Positions 32,200-42,875 of a stretch of 64,000 bases of DNA are shown piece by piece. Each line of letters starts with the position of its first letter. Within the stretch, counting starts at the first letter, position 1. Position numbers and translations under genes: made by a program. The notes below the pieces were generated by a model. The model was given only the letters and a program-made list of their open reading frames with translations, made no database searches and had not been told where the DNA came from. Source of the stretch: Limisphaerales bacterium (lineage in GTDB: Bacteria > Verrucomicrobiota > Verrucomicrobiia > Limisphaerales > AAA164-E04); assembly GCA_965203425.1 (NCBI GenBank), contig OZ241891.1:809310-873309 (forward strand), written 5' to 3'.

Positions 32200-33414
32200 A
32201 TGACGAAGTTCAAATGCATTTTCACGAGAATGGTTTTGCGGGCGGCGGTTGGAGTTTTGACGATCTTTTGGATCGCTGACGGATTCACCGCTGAGGCTGA
32301 TTGGAAGCCACTGTTCAATGGGAAGAATTTTGACGGATGGACGCAAAAGGGAGGGAAGGCAAAATATGAAATTCGAAATGGCGCGATTGTGGGAACAACG
32401 GTTCCGAGATCTCGAAATAGTTTTCTTTGCACAAATCGGGATTACGGCGATTTCATTTTGGAGTTAGAGTTCAAGGTAAATCCCAAGATGAACGCAGGGA
32501 TTCAAATTCGGAGCGCCAGCATTCCGACTTATCGAAGGGGGATTGTGCACGGCTATCAAGTCGAGATTGATCCCTCCAAACGGGCTTGGTCCGGCGGGAT
32601 TTACGACGAGTCTCGGCGAGACTGGATTCACGATCTCAAAGAAAACGAGCCGGCGCGAAAAGCCTTTCGCCAAAATCAATGGAATCACTATCGGATTGAA
32701 GCTGTCGGAGATCATATTCGGACGTGGATCAACGGAGTTTTGGCGGCCGACTTGCGGGACTCGATGAGCTTGAGCGGTTTTATCGCATTGCAAGTTCACG
32801 GAACGTCGAGCGAAGTTCCTATGGAGATTGCCTGGCGCCATTTGCGCATTCAAGACCTTGGTCGGCATGAATGGGAGCCGATGTTCGATGGGAAAACCTT
32901 GGCGGGTTGGGAACCGAAACCGGGCGGAGAATGGCGCGTCCGCGAAGGAATCCTCCAAGGCCGCAGCAGCAAGGCGGAGCGCCGCCACGGACTGCTTCTG
33001 AGCCGGCAAAGCTTTGGCGATTTTACAGTGCGTCTCCAATTCAAAATTAATCGAGGCGACAGCGGATTTTACTTTCGATCCGAACCGGTTAATCACGCAG
33101 TGGGCGTCCACGGCTTTCAAGTGGAACTGGACACAAGTTATGAGACTGGCGGATTATACGAAACCGGCGGAAGAGGCTGGGTGATCCAACATCCGGCGGA
33201 CAAAAAAACAAAGTGGTACAAGCCGGGAGAATGGAACGAACTCACGGTGTCGGCTTGGGGACGGAGAACGGTCGTCCGAATCAACGGCCGCAAATCCGCC
33301 GAGCTGGTGGAAGATGGCGGACGGGCAGAAGGTCGCTTTGCGCTACAACTGCACGGAGGCCAAGATATGGACGTGGAGTTTAAGGATGTCGAACGGTTGG
33401 CGCCTGTGAAATAG
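32200..33414 (+). CDS. Tandem DUF1080 (3-keto-disaccharide hydrolase family) protein
   Basis: Two LF(N/D)GK...GW ... NAG/DSG ... GY/FQVE ... WN ... ALQ.H domains; start uncertain (ORF track 31954). Confidence 0.9.
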   Translation: MTKFKCIFTRMVLRAAVGVLTIFWIADGFTAEADWKPLFNGKNFDGWTQKGGKAKYEIRNGAIVGTTVPRSRNSFLCTNRDYGDFILELEFKVNPKMNAGIQIRSASIPTYRRGIVHGYQVEIDPSKRAWSGGIYDESRRDWIHDLKENEPARKAFRQNQWNHYRIEAVGDHIRTWINGVLAADLRDSMSLSGFIALQVHGTSSEVPMEIAWRHLRIQDLGRHEWEPMFDGKTLAGWEPKPGGEWRVREGILQGRSSKAERRHGLLLSRQSFGDFTVRLQFKINRGDSGFYFRSEPVNHAVGVHGFQVELDTSYETGGLYETGGRGWVIQHPADKKTKWYKPGEWNELTVSAWGRRTVVRINGRKSAELVEDGGRAEGRFALQLHGGQDMDVEFKDVERLAPVK

Positions 33415-33491
33415 AGCGGCTAGAGAGCCATTTTGCCAAATGATCCGGCTTCCAACGAGCGGAGAGTGTGAAGATGGGATACTGATTTGAT

Positions 33492-34460
33492 ATGTGTTTA
33501 TCTTGGACTAAAGGAGCGGTCGAGGTGGTCTCAGAGCGGGACCGCCAAGGAAATCCTTTGCGTACCGTGCTTTGCACCGAAACCGGACTGGTCCGGAACG
33601 ATCCCGTGCCCGGCGACGAGGAGCTGGCGAAGTTTTACTCCGAGGATTACCGCATCGCATACAAGGGAGCTGATCGTCCGCGCCAGCGCCAGATTCTGAG
33701 AAATTTCCGGCGGGCAACCAGCCACATTCGCCGCTTCCAGGACATCATCGAACCGGCGGAAACAGTGTTGGACGTGGGAGCGGGATCGGGTGAATTCCTC
33801 TTTCTGATGCAGTCTCTGGGCAAGAGAGCTGTCGGGATCGAGCCGAACAGGAGCTATTCCGCTTGGTGCCGTGAGGAACTCAGGATCGACGTGCGCACCG
33901 CCCATCTTGGCCCCGGGTTGTTCGAGGTAGCGGGGGGGGGGGGGGGGGGCTTCGATCTGATCCGGCTCAACCACGTGCTTGAACACCTCAACGATCCGGT
34001 GAAGTACCTCGCCATGATCCGGGATTGGCTGGCGACTGAAGGAGTGCTCTATGTCGAGGTCCCGAACATCGAAGAAGACTGCCGCGTCAAATCACGCGGA
34101 AACTTGTTCCATTACGGGCACATATGGAATTTCAACCCTTGGACGCTGCGCGCCGTGGCGAGTCTGGCCGGACTTGAGGAGCTGGACGCGACCCGGGAGA
34201 GAAGCGCCGGCACGACCGGCGTCGTGTTCCGAAGCGGGCTGATGCGCACAACGGCGGATTTTGTCAACGCGGAGAACGCTGCCCGGGTGCGTAACATGAT
34301 TGCGCGGCATTACGCGGGTGACTTCCGCGAAGGGAAGGTAATGAAGCCGTTGATGAAACTGACGGCGCGGATCGAGGAAGTGGCAAGCAGCCTCTTCGCC
34401 GGCACGCCGCGGGACATCGGAGAGAAAGCGGTCCGCTCTCTTGAATCATATAAAACTTGA
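33492..34460 (+). CDS. Class I SAM-dependent methyltransferase containing a G18 tract
   Basis: VLDVGAGSGEF, HVLEHL.DP, EVPN; G18 at 33932-33949 read in frame as AGGGGGG. Confidence 0.9.
   Translation: MCLSWTKGAVEVVSERDRQGNPLRTVLCTETGLVRNDPVPGDEELAKFYSEDYRIAYKGADRPRQRQILRNFRRATSHIRRFQDIIEPAETVLDVGAGSGEFLFLMQSLGKRAVGIEPNRSYSAWCREELRIDVRTAHLGPGLFEVAGGGGGGFDLIRLNHVLEHLNDPVKYLAMIRDWLATEGVLYVEVPNIEEDCRVKSRGNLFHYGHIWNFNPWTLRAVASLAGLEELDATRERSAGTTGVVFRSGLMRTTADFVNAENAARVRNMIARHYAGDFREGKVMKPLMKLTARIEEVASSLFAGTPRDIGEKAVRSLESYKT
33932..33949 (+). repeat. Poly-G (18) homopolymer
   Basis: Counted directly. Confidence 0.95.
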
Positions 34461-34903
34461 AACTTATATTCCGGAGGGATTTCAATTGCATAGCTCTCTT
34501 AATCTTGATCATTTGTGTGTGCATTACGAGATGAGGGAGTTTTTGATATATTGGCGTGATCTCGCAGACCCAATCGATGCGACAATCCCGGCTGCGAAGG
34601 AATTAATAAAGAATGAAAGCCCTGACAGTCATGGATTTTTCAAGATTGATGTCAAAACTGATTTCGAAGATAGCAGCTCCGTTTCTAGCTCTGTTTTAAT
34701 TGAGGTTTATGGAGCGCCGCCAACAATAAGACTGATCCGCATGAAAGACGGACGCTTAGAAATTGTTTGGGAGGACAGCCTATTGCAAACATCCACAACC
34801 ATAGGCGGACCTTGGGAAGACGTCGCATTTGGCGGAGGAGCATTGCGTTGGCGAATGTTTCCTTCGGCACCTTCCAAGTTTTTTTCGTTTGAAGAAGCCA
34901 TGA
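34441..34903 (+). pseudogene. 3' half of an LRR surface-protein paralog, with frameshifted C-terminus
   Basis: HYEMREF...PAAKELIKNESPDSHGFF...LIEVYG..PT...GGPWEDV matches 54440-54800; T7 at 34879-34885 breaks KFFRLKKP*; no signal peptide or LRR part. Confidence 0.7.
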
Positions 34904-35051
34904 TCCCGACAGCGAGAAGCGCAAACGGCGCAGTCTCGCGAGGCAGGTCGTTGACTGGGCGTCCAACGAAGTTCAGTTTGGAGAAACTCGCGGACGCCGA
35001 TCTGAAAGCAATGGAGTCGAACTTGCGAAGGGCCTTTGCTTTAGGAAAACC

Positions 35052-35840
35052 TTGAATAGAATGTCCGTTTTAAATCTCGTCAACGAGTTTCTAAAAATGT
35101 TGGTCGATCCCGTCGCCATCATTTGGTTGCTTCTCATTGTCTTCGGCGTCTTTTTAATTGCGCGAAAGCGATACCGGCCGGCTTCGATAGTCTTCTCTGG
35201 GGTTGCTTTTTTGACGGTGTTTGGAGGAACGGGAGTTTCCGGCTGGTTGCTGGCGACTCTGGAACGCCCGTATTATAGGGAAAATCCGCTCCATGTGCCG
35301 AATGCGGATGTCGTGTTTGTGTTGGGCGGGCATGTGAAAAGAGGCGACGGAGAATTTCACGGATTCGATGCCAGAGAAAGCGTGGATCGGCTTTTGGCCG
35401 GAGTGGCGCTCTCCCGAGCCGGCAAGGCGAAGGTTCTGCTCATCGGCGGCGGCGCCGCGGGAGACGAAGGGCCCCAAATTTCTGAATACGCCGCAACCAA
35501 AGATTGGCTGGAAAGTTGGAATCTTCCCGTAGCCATCGAGCATCTTGGCATTCTCAAAAATACTTATGAAGAAGTGTGCGCGGCAAAAAGATTAATGAAA
35601 GAGCGCCAATGGCAGAGCATGATCCTCGTAACCTCGGCCTCTCACATACGCCGGGCTGAGGCAGTCTGCCAAAGCATGGGCATTCACAACGCGATCCCGG
35701 TAGCCTGTGATTTTCACACCTTCCCTCCACCTTCCTGGTGTCTTATCCCGGAGCTTAGACATTTGTCGATCCTCCGATTGTATCTCTACGAGCAGGTTGG
35801 CTGGCTCATCTATCGTTGGAAGGGATGGATTGACGTTTAG
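35052..35840 (+). CDS. YdcF/ElyC family membrane protein
   Basis: LERPY, VLGG, DRL, NTYEE, LVTSASHIRRA, YEQVG..IY; likely start ATG 35061. Confidence 0.88.
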   Translation: MNRMSVLNLVNEFLKMLVDPVAIIWLLLIVFGVFLIARKRYRPASIVFSGVAFLTVFGGTGVSGWLLATLERPYYRENPLHVPNADVVFVLGGHVKRGDGEFHGFDARESVDRLLAGVALSRAGKAKVLLIGGGAAGDEGPQISEYAATKDWLESWNLPVAIEHLGILKNTYEEVCAAKRLMKERQWQSMILVTSASHIRRAEAVCQSMGIHNAIPVACDFHTFPPPSWCLIPELRHLSILRLYLYEQVGWLIYRWKGWIDV

Positions 35841-36480
35841 TCCGCTCTTCCTTCGCTTTGTTGAATTTTTGCAACTTCGGGCGAATAACGAAGTAACAAT
35901 AGGAATTTGCCGGGTTGTTGCGGAAAAAGTCCTGATGCTCTTTTTCCGCCGGGTAGAATTTTTCAAAGGGAACAATCTCCGTTACGATGGGATCCACAAA
36001 AGAATCGGCGGCGGCGGCTTTTGATTTTTCGGCGGCGGCTTTTTGTTTGTCGTCGTGGTAGAGAATGATAGAGCGATACTGCGTGCCGACGTCGTTTCCC
36101 TGGCGATTGAGCGTGGTTGGGTCGTGAGATTGCCAGAAATAGAAAAGAATCTCCTCATAAGAGATTGTTTTCGGGTCGAAGACAATTTGCACTACTTCCG
36201 CATGGCCGGTGGTTTCTGAACAGACTTCCTTGTAGGTCGGGTTTTCTTTGTGTCCTCCTGAATAACCCGAAATGACGGACTTTACCCCATCCAAAGTTTC
36301 CAAAAGCGCCTCCGTGCACCAAAAACACCCCGTTCCCAAAGTGGCCAAGCTCATGGATGGTTCATCAACCTGTTTAGGCGAAAGATCACTCACGGATTCC
36401 TCCTTGGCGTCGAGGCACCCCGTCAACAATTGAAGGGCAAAAGCGGCAACAGTAATTCTGCATAAATGTTCCATTGTCAA
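35806..36480 (-). CDS. msrA: Peptide-methionine (S)-S-oxide reductase
   Basis: GCFWCTE, TTGHAEVV, HDPTTLNRQGNDVGTQYRS. Confidence 0.97.
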   Translation of the reverse strand: MTMEHLCRITVAAFALQLLTGCLDAKEESVSDLSPKQVDEPSMSLATLGTGCFWCTEALLETLDGVKSVISGYSGGHKENPTYKEVCSETTGHAEVVQIVFDPKTISYEEILFYFWQSHDPTTLNRQGNDVGTQYRSIILYHDDKQKAAAEKSKAAAADSFVDPIVTEIVPFEKFYPAEKEHQDFFRNNPANSYCYFVIRPKLQKFNKAKEERTKRQSIPSNDR

Positions 36481-37192
36481 AAATTAATTCCTCTCCCGCC
36501 AAAAGTAGATGGAGATTCCAGTTTTGTCAACTTTGCAAATGCTCCACAACGCCGTTTTTTTGCTGAACAGCGGATTTTCAGATAATCCGGCCGTCGTCTG
36601 CATTTCTGAAATTCGCCCCAAACCAATGCCCATACTCGTTCCAATTCGGAAAATCCTCCCCCCAATCAACTCCATTTATCGAGACCGAGAAACCAATCAT
36701 TTGCCCAAAATTGGAAAATCGTTTTGGATTTCGTAAATGATATTTTTCCGTCGATTGAAGACGAGTGTCCCAGAATTCCCAAAGTCCCTAAACTCTTTCG
36801 TTTTTCTTTTTACACAGGAACGTTGCGACGATCTTTCCCCTTAACCAAAGAAGGAGTATTTTCAGAGCCCACGGCTGATCGTATACTTTGAAGGCAGCGG
36901 TTTTTATTGCTTATTTTATAGATATATAATTTGTCGTTTTTGATGTTCGTTGCCCACATGGTTTCAGCGTTAAATTAGAGACTTTATAGGTTGATGTTTC
37001 GAAGGCTTTAAAGCGCTGAATTTATACATGGTCGGTCGCGATCTAATATAGGAGAACCCCTCTTATAGGCAAATTTTTTTGGAATCGACAGGAGAGAAAG
37101 CTGATGAGTTGCGGGGTTTTCTACAATTAGAAGAGGCGACGGTTGTCTGGCTGATAAGATTGACGTTGGGCGCGGTAAACGGGGATTCACGT

Positions 37193-37612
37193 TTATAGAT
37201 TGGTGTTGCCGAGTTTTAGGATTCGTTGGAAGTGACAGGCGGTGAGGGGCATGACGGAAAGGCGGGATTGCTTGAGCAAAGGGATGTCGAAGAGTTGGGG
37301 GTCTTTCTTGATTGTTTCTAGAGAGACGGGGTTGTTGAGGGCTTTGAGGGGTTTTAGATCAACGCAAGACCAGTCGCCTTGTTGGGCAGTTGTGTCTTGG
37401 TAGGCTTCTCTGAGGACTTTAGCGATGCCCATGATTTTTTTGCCGACGACGGAATGGTAGAAGAGGACGATGTCCCCTTTGGACATGGCGCGAAGGTAGT
37501 TGCGCGCTTGGTAGTTTCGGACGCCATCCCATTCGGTTTGGCCTTCTTTGACAAAGTCAAACCATGAGTAGGATTTCGGTTCTTGCTTTACGAGCCAGTA
37601 GTGTGTGGTCAT
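37193..37612 (-). CDS. EVE domain protein
   Basis: YWLVKQEP, WDGVRNYQARN, FYHS, RLSVMP. Confidence 0.93.
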   Translation of the reverse strand: MTTHYWLVKQEPKSYSWFDFVKEGQTEWDGVRNYQARNYLRAMSKGDIVLFYHSVVGKKIMGIAKVLREAYQDTTAQQGDWSCVDLKPLKALNNPVSLETIKKDPQLFDIPLLKQSRLSVMPLTACHFQRILKLGNTNL

Positions 37613-38637
37613 GCTATTTGTATTTGGTGGTATTTCTGGGAGATGTTTGGCCTTAGGGAAGGTTTTGTTGTAGTAGTATTAGGAATGGTAAATTGGTTTC
37701 CCGGCGCGATAGAAAATCCAGCAAGGAAGGCGCCGGCGGGGAGCCGTTTTCCCCCGGCTCTTTGGAGTTTGGTGATTCGGAGATGGTTTTGGCCGCAGGC
37801 GACTATGATGCTGTGTGAAGAAGTTTCAGTGACGGTTCCGGGTTCCAGTTGGGTTCCTGGTTGGGGTTTGGCCTGCCAGAATTTTATAGTGAGGGATTCA
37901 TTGTGTTTTTGCAGATGGCTGAAGGTTCCGGGCCGGGGATGGAGTCCGCGTATTTGGTTGGCGAGTTCGGTCGCTGGTCGGCGCCAGTCGATTTCGCCGT
38001 CGCGCCGGGCGAGTTTGCGGGCGTAGGTGGCGTGTTGGTGGTTTTGGGGGCGGAGCGTTATGTCCCCTTTGAGGTATTTTGGCAGGGTGCGGGCGAGGAG
38101 TTGGGCGCCGAGTTGGGCGAGTCGGTTGTGCAGTTCGCCTTCGGTTTCTGTGGGGGAGATGGAGGTGGTTTCTTGCGTGATGATGTCTCCGGTGTCGAGG
38201 GTTTCGTCCATTTTCATGATGGTGACGCCGGTTTGGGGGTCGCCATTGAGGATGGGCCAAGCAATGGGCGCGGCGCCGCGGTATTTGGGCAGAAGGGAGG
38301 GGTGCAGGTTGAGGCAGCCGAGTGGAGGGATTTCAAGGGCTTCGGGGGGGAGCATTTGGCCGTAGGCGACGACGATGAGGAGGTCGGGGGCCAGATTTTT
38401 TAAGTGTTTGAGCAAGGCGGTGTCTGTTCGCAGAGAGGATGGTTGCCAGACGGGCAGGGAGTGTTGGATGGCTTCGGTTTTGACTGGGGTGGGTTTGATT
38501 CGCAGGCGTCGGCCTTGGGGTTTGTCCGGCTGGCTAATGATTCCGATCAGGTTCACTGTGGGCGAGTGAATTAAGGCTCGGAGCGAGCGTCGGGCTAGTT
38601 CCGCCGTTCCGAGGAAAATTGTGCGAACTGCTTTCAC
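37609..38637 (-). CDS. fmt: Methionyl-tRNA formyltransferase
   Basis: SQPDKPQGR, VAYG, NLHPSLLPKYRGAAPI, LDTGD. Confidence 0.96.
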   Translation of the reverse strand: MKAVRTIFLGTAELARRSLRALIHSPTVNLIGIISQPDKPQGRRLRIKPTPVKTEAIQHSLPVWQPSSLRTDTALLKHLKNLAPDLLIVVAYGQMLPPEALEIPPLGCLNLHPSLLPKYRGAAPIAWPILNGDPQTGVTIMKMDETLDTGDIITQETTSISPTETEGELHNRLAQLGAQLLARTLPKYLKGDITLRPQNHQHATYARKLARRDGEIDWRRPATELANQIRGLHPRPGTFSHLQKHNESLTIKFWQAKPQPGTQLEPGTVTETSSHSIIVACGQNHLRITKLQRAGGKRLPAGAFLAGFSIAPGNQFTIPNTTTTKPSLRPNISQKYHQIQIA

Positions 38638-38675
38638 ATCAGGGTTTTGCGGCCGGCGGTCATGTTTGGCGGCGG

Positions 38676-39632
38676 CTATTTTTCGTTTTTATGCCGCAGG
38701 TTGACTTGAACGATTTCTCCAAAACGCATGGCTGCTTCTTTTTTTCCCGACAGCAGTTGGAGGTGGATTTCGTTGGCGGAGATTCTGGTGATGCGCTTGG
38801 CGACGAGTTCTTTTTTGGTTCCTTTGAATTCGATGACCATGTCTTTGATCGAGGGCGAAGGGACGACGCGGAAAAATTCGGAGAAGGTTGTTTCAAAGAA
38901 GTGGCGGTTGAACTCGGTGTTGCTGCGGGTGTAGAAGGATGGCGTTGCCGCCTGACTACTCTTGGGGGCGGCGGATTGTCGGAGTCCAAGTTTTGAGGGT
39001 TTGTTCGCCGAAATTCCGACTGGGCGCGGATCTTCTTTTGGTTTGGGGGGCGGCGGCGTTTCTTCAGCTTCTTCCCAAGAAGGAGCGGCGTACGAGCCTT
39101 CGGCGGCGGGGAGAGAAAGAAAGATAATGGGGGTCGCCACCGGCGCAATAACCGCCAAACCGCATACAAGAGGAACGGATCGTCCTCGATAAATTGCCGT
39201 TTCGTAGGCCGCCAAAAGGTTGCCTAAGTAAAACGCGAGCAGAAAAAGAACGCCGATGGGACTGGCAAAGGCGGAGAGAAAGGAAGATTCTTGGGTCGCC
39301 CGCGGCAATCGATCCACTGGTTTGGGAACAATCGGCGGCGGCTGTTTCAGATCCTCTTCGGGCATTTCGATGAATGGCGACACAAAGGGTTTGTACTTGG
39401 GTGTTTGCGCCAGCCATTGCAGAGTTTCCTGCGATAGATAAACCAGCTCGATGCGCTCTGAAAAACCGCCGACGTCCTCCATCCGGATCACCAGGCCGTC
39501 TTCATCCAGTTTTGACACTTCGCCGTAAAATGTGTTGCCGTTTTCCAACTCAAAAGTTGCCGCTGCTCCAAAGAGGGCAAATCCAAATAGCAAACAGATG
39601 AACGCGACGAGGCCGGCCTTGCTTCTTTGCAT
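38676..39632 (-). CDS. Hypothetical membrane protein
   Basis: 318-aa ORF with signal peptide and two internal TM segments, co-oriented with nnr and fmt. Confidence 0.75.
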   Translation of the reverse strand: MQRSKAGLVAFICLLFGFALFGAAATFELENGNTFYGEVSKLDEDGLVIRMEDVGGFSERIELVYLSQETLQWLAQTPKYKPFVSPFIEMPEEDLKQPPPIVPKPVDRLPRATQESSFLSAFASPIGVLFLLAFYLGNLLAAYETAIYRGRSVPLVCGLAVIAPVATPIIFLSLPAAEGSYAAPSWEEAEETPPPPKPKEDPRPVGISANKPSKLGLRQSAAPKSSQAATPSFYTRSNTEFNRHFFETTFSEFFRVVPSPSIKDMVIEFKGTKKELVAKRITRISANEIHLQLLSGKKEAAMRFGEIVQVNLRHKNEK

Positions 39633-39722
39633 TCCGCCAGTTTGCGCGCGCCAGAGTATTTCGTAAAGGAAAAATTTCGCGGCGGGATGGAGAACGGAAC
39701 TCCTTGCTTGGAACAGCCGGGA

Positions 39723-41204
39723 TTACAGATGGAGAGCAGCGGGGAGTTCTTCGACAGTCCAGTTATTTCGTGTTTGTTGCAACCGCTCGGAGGCCTCGCC
39801 ATGTCTCCAAACGCCGCAACGCAAGGCCGTCTCTGGGTCGTTTTGGCATCGAGGTTGCGAAAGAAGACCGGCCAAGAATCCGGCAAGAACATCGCCGCTG
39901 CCGCCTTGGGCGAGTCCCGGCGTTCCAGTAGCGTTAAAAAAAACGGGTCCTTGTTTCCGTCCAATCAGGCTGTGAGCGCCTTTCAGCACAACCCAGCAAT
40001 CGCCGAATTGCGACGACAATTCCCGCAGGCAGTCGACCGGATTCTCGTTGACGTCGGCGGGGCCACATTTCAAAAGCCGCGCCGCTTCGCCGGCGTGGGG
40101 CGTGATCCCTCGCAACCCGGCAGTCTCGGCACCTTGCGGTAGCCAATCCAGGGCGGAAGCGTCAACCAAAACCGGACGTTCGTCCTCGCGCCACAGCCTG
40201 CGCAGTTGTTCCATGAGCCGATCTGGAACGTCCTTCCCCACCAAACCGGGTCCGGCAAGAATTCCGGTTGCCTTGGCGGGCGGTTGCCAAAATTCTCCAC
40301 AGGGTTCAACCATGGCTTGTTGCAAGTGAGCCGCCGCCGGCAGATAGCATTCCGGCGTTGTCGAAAGAGTGATAAGCCCCGGGCAAGCCCTCATCGCGCC
40401 GCAAACCGCCAACACGGCGGCGCCGTGATACCCGCGGCTGCCGGCAAGGATGGCCAAGTGTCCAAAACTGCCTTTATGATCCATTGCCCGCCGCGGCGGC
40501 GGAAAGCCCAAAAAATCCTCCTCTTGACTGAAGAAAAGCGAATGGCCGCGGGCCGGCTCTTCGTTCTGGCCGTTCCCCGAATCTCTGCGCTTCGACGGTT
40601 CCCCGAATTGGGATGCGGAGAAGAAGTTTGACAGCAGGCCAACTTCATGAAGAACGCGCACATAGCCGACAAAGGGACGCGCTTGGGAAGTCAACATTCC
40701 CGCTTTCGGAGCGCCGACCGTCAAAGTGTAATCCGCTCGAACGCCGCCGCCCATTGGGAAACCAGTTTGGGCGTTCAAGCCGGAGGGAACGTCGACGGCA
40801 ACGACCATCGCCCCGTCTTGATTGATCCGGCGAATCACAGATTGCCAAGCTGTCGACAAAGATCGATTGAGGCCAATGCCGAACAAGCAATCCAAAATCA
40901 CCGAAGGACGCCGGGACAATGCCTGCTCTAAGCGGCCGGCGGCTTGCTCTGGATTTCGAACCTCCAACAAAGACGTGTCCCGCTCGGCGGACAACAAGCA
41001 TTTGAAGGCATCGCGTCCATCGTCTCCGTTGTGCCCCTTGCCGGCGACAATCAGAATCGAATCCGAAGAATGCGTGCGAGACAAAAGCCAATCCGCAATC
41101 GCCCGTCCCACCCTGCCGATCACCTCAGATTCCCGAATGCCGGCGGCCCAAGTCGCCTCCTCCCACGAGCGCATTTCCGCAACGCTAATTACAGGAATCG
41201 GCAT
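39723..41204 (-). CDS. nnr: Bifunctional NAD(P)H-hydrate epimerase/dehydratase
   Basis: GKGHNGDDG, VDVPSG, HKGSFG, VDASAL, TPHAGEAARL, GGSGDVLAG. Confidence 0.92.
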   Translation of the reverse strand: MPIPVISVAEMRSWEEATWAAGIRESEVIGRVGRAIADWLLSRTHSSDSILIVAGKGHNGDDGRDAFKCLLSAERDTSLLEVRNPEQAAGRLEQALSRRPSVILDCLFGIGLNRSLSTAWQSVIRRINQDGAMVVAVDVPSGLNAQTGFPMGGGVRADYTLTVGAPKAGMLTSQARPFVGYVRVLHEVGLLSNFFSASQFGEPSKRRDSGNGQNEEPARGHSLFFSQEEDFLGFPPPRRAMDHKGSFGHLAILAGSRGYHGAAVLAVCGAMRACPGLITLSTTPECYLPAAAHLQQAMVEPCGEFWQPPAKATGILAGPGLVGKDVPDRLMEQLRRLWREDERPVLVDASALDWLPQGAETAGLRGITPHAGEAARLLKCGPADVNENPVDCLRELSSQFGDCWVVLKGAHSLIGRKQGPVFFNATGTPGLAQGGSGDVLAGFLAGLLSQPRCQNDPETALRCGVWRHGEASERLQQTRNNWTVEELPAALHL

Positions 41205-41417
41205 GGCAAAAAGTGTATTGCCGCGTTTATCGACACGCAGAAAGATTCTTTGAAAACAACGCTCATACAAATCCGCCGAGCAACTAAATTATGCCCGAAT
41301 GCAAAGGCTTTGTTCCACAAAAATCTACTCTTTGCGAAAAAGCGCAATTCATGCAAAACTGCCGCAAAAGCGCGAAGACTACGGACAAGGCGTCTTCCGC
41401 GTGAATTTGTTTTTGCC

Positions 41418-41879
41418 ATGAGAATTCTGTTGCAACGCGTTCGCCGAGCGGATGTGAAAGTGGACGGAGCCGTCTGCGGCGAAATTGGGAGCGGCTTGTT
41501 ACTATTTGTCGGCATGGAGGCCGGAGACGCAAAAGACGATATCCAGTGGATTTGCAAAAAGACTCTTCGAATGCGAATTTTCAACGATTCAGAAGGGAAA
41601 ATGAACCATTCCCTGCTCGACGTTGGCGGGGAAGTTTTGCTCGTAAGCCAATTCACCCTGCACGCTATTACAAAGAAAGGAGATCGTCCCTCGTTTATCC
41701 GCTCCGCTCCGCCGGCAATTGCCCTTCCGTTATACGAACTTCTGGTTCAAGAGCTGGAAAAACGACTGGGATCCCCCATTGCCACAGGCCGGTTTGGCGC
41801 AAACATGCAAGTAAGCCTAATCAACGACGGCCCAGTTACCATCTTATTAGATTCCAAAAATCGCAAAAATCGAAGGTAG
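41418..41879 (+). CDS. dtd: D-aminoacyl-tRNA deacylase
   Basis: MRILLQRV, VSQFTL, RPSF, G.FGA.M.V.L.NDGPVT. Confidence 0.96.
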   Translation: MRILLQRVRRADVKVDGAVCGEIGSGLLLFVGMEAGDAKDDIQWICKKTLRMRIFNDSEGKMNHSLLDVGGEVLLVSQFTLHAITKKGDRPSFIRSAPPAIALPLYELLVQELEKRLGSPIATGRFGANMQVSLINDGPVTILLDSKNRKNRR

Positions 41880-41933
41880 CCCACGCATGTTTTTGCGACG
41901 AATGATTCAGCAGATTTTCCCCTCTAATCAAAG

Positions 41934-42875
41934 ATGAAAAATAACACCCAATCCAATTCCGGCAGCGTTAATATCCCTCGCGCCTGCCCAGGATGCGGCA
42001 ACATCCGCCGGCAACCAGTATGGCGCAAAGACAACCTACACGTAAAACGTTGTCTAAAATGCGATCTCTACTATGCCAGCCCCATAGCAACAGACTTGGC
42101 TTCGGGAAAATTTTACAACCAACTAGCTGTTCCCTTCTACCTCTCGCCAAACAAACTGGAAAGTGACTACGCTCCCGTGCGGTTTGAACGAGAAATACAA
42201 TACTTCCGAAAATGGTGCCCAGCAGGACAAGTGTTAGACGTCGGATGCTCCACCGGCGCCTTCCTCTATCACCTCCAAAAACAAGGAAACTACCAAGGCG
42301 TCGGTGTCGACATCGCCGGGCCTGCCTTGGACTATGCCGAATCCAAAGGCTTAAAAGTCGTCCGAAAGCCATTCCTTATCCATGACTTCGGCAACCAACA
42401 ATTTCACGCAGTCACTTTTTGGGCCATCCTCGAACACTTAATAGAACCTCTTCCTTTCTTGCAAAAAGCAACCAACCTCCTCAAACCTAACGGCCTCTGC
42501 TTCATCCTAGTCCCTAACCGAAAAAGCCTGGCCGTCCGACTTCTAGGAAGTAAATACCGCTATATCATGCCAGAACACCTAAACTACTTTTCCCAACAAG
42601 CGCTCCTCGAATTCATCCAACGCATACCTCATCTCAAAATCATCGACTACTCTACTATAAAATTCAATCCACTCGTCATTGCTCAAGACTTATACCATCA
42701 AAGAAAAAACCGCGTGCCAGACACCGAACGAGCAAAACTGCTCAAAAAAACAACCACTTGGAAACAATCCCCACGACTCGCACCACTGCGTTGGGCTTAC
42801 AACAAAACCGAAGCATTGCTGGGGCGGCTAGAACTAGCGGACAACTTAATCACTATAGCCCGAAAAACTCCTTGA
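41934..42875 (+). CDS. Class I SAM-dependent methyltransferase with N-terminal Cys4 motif
   Basis: CPGC...CLKC, VLDVGCSTG, ILEHL.EP, VPN, PEHLNYFS. Confidence 0.9.
   Translation: MKNNTQSNSGSVNIPRACPGCGNIRRQPVWRKDNLHVKRCLKCDLYYASPIATDLASGKFYNQLAVPFYLSPNKLESDYAPVRFEREIQYFRKWCPAGQVLDVGCSTGAFLYHLQKQGNYQGVGVDIAGPALDYAESKGLKVVRKPFLIHDFGNQQFHAVTFWAILEHLIEPLPFLQKATNLLKPNGLCFILVPNRKSLAVRLLGSKYRYIMPEHLNYFSQQALLEFIQRIPHLKIIDYSTIKFNPLVIAQDLYHQRKNRVPDTERAKLLKKTTTWKQSPRLAPLRWAYNKTEALLGRLELADNLITIARKTP

Noticed and set aside
34900-35055. Possible MazF/PemK C-terminal remnant (KLADADLKAMESNLRRAFAL)
   Set aside because: Too short and weak to support without a profile search.
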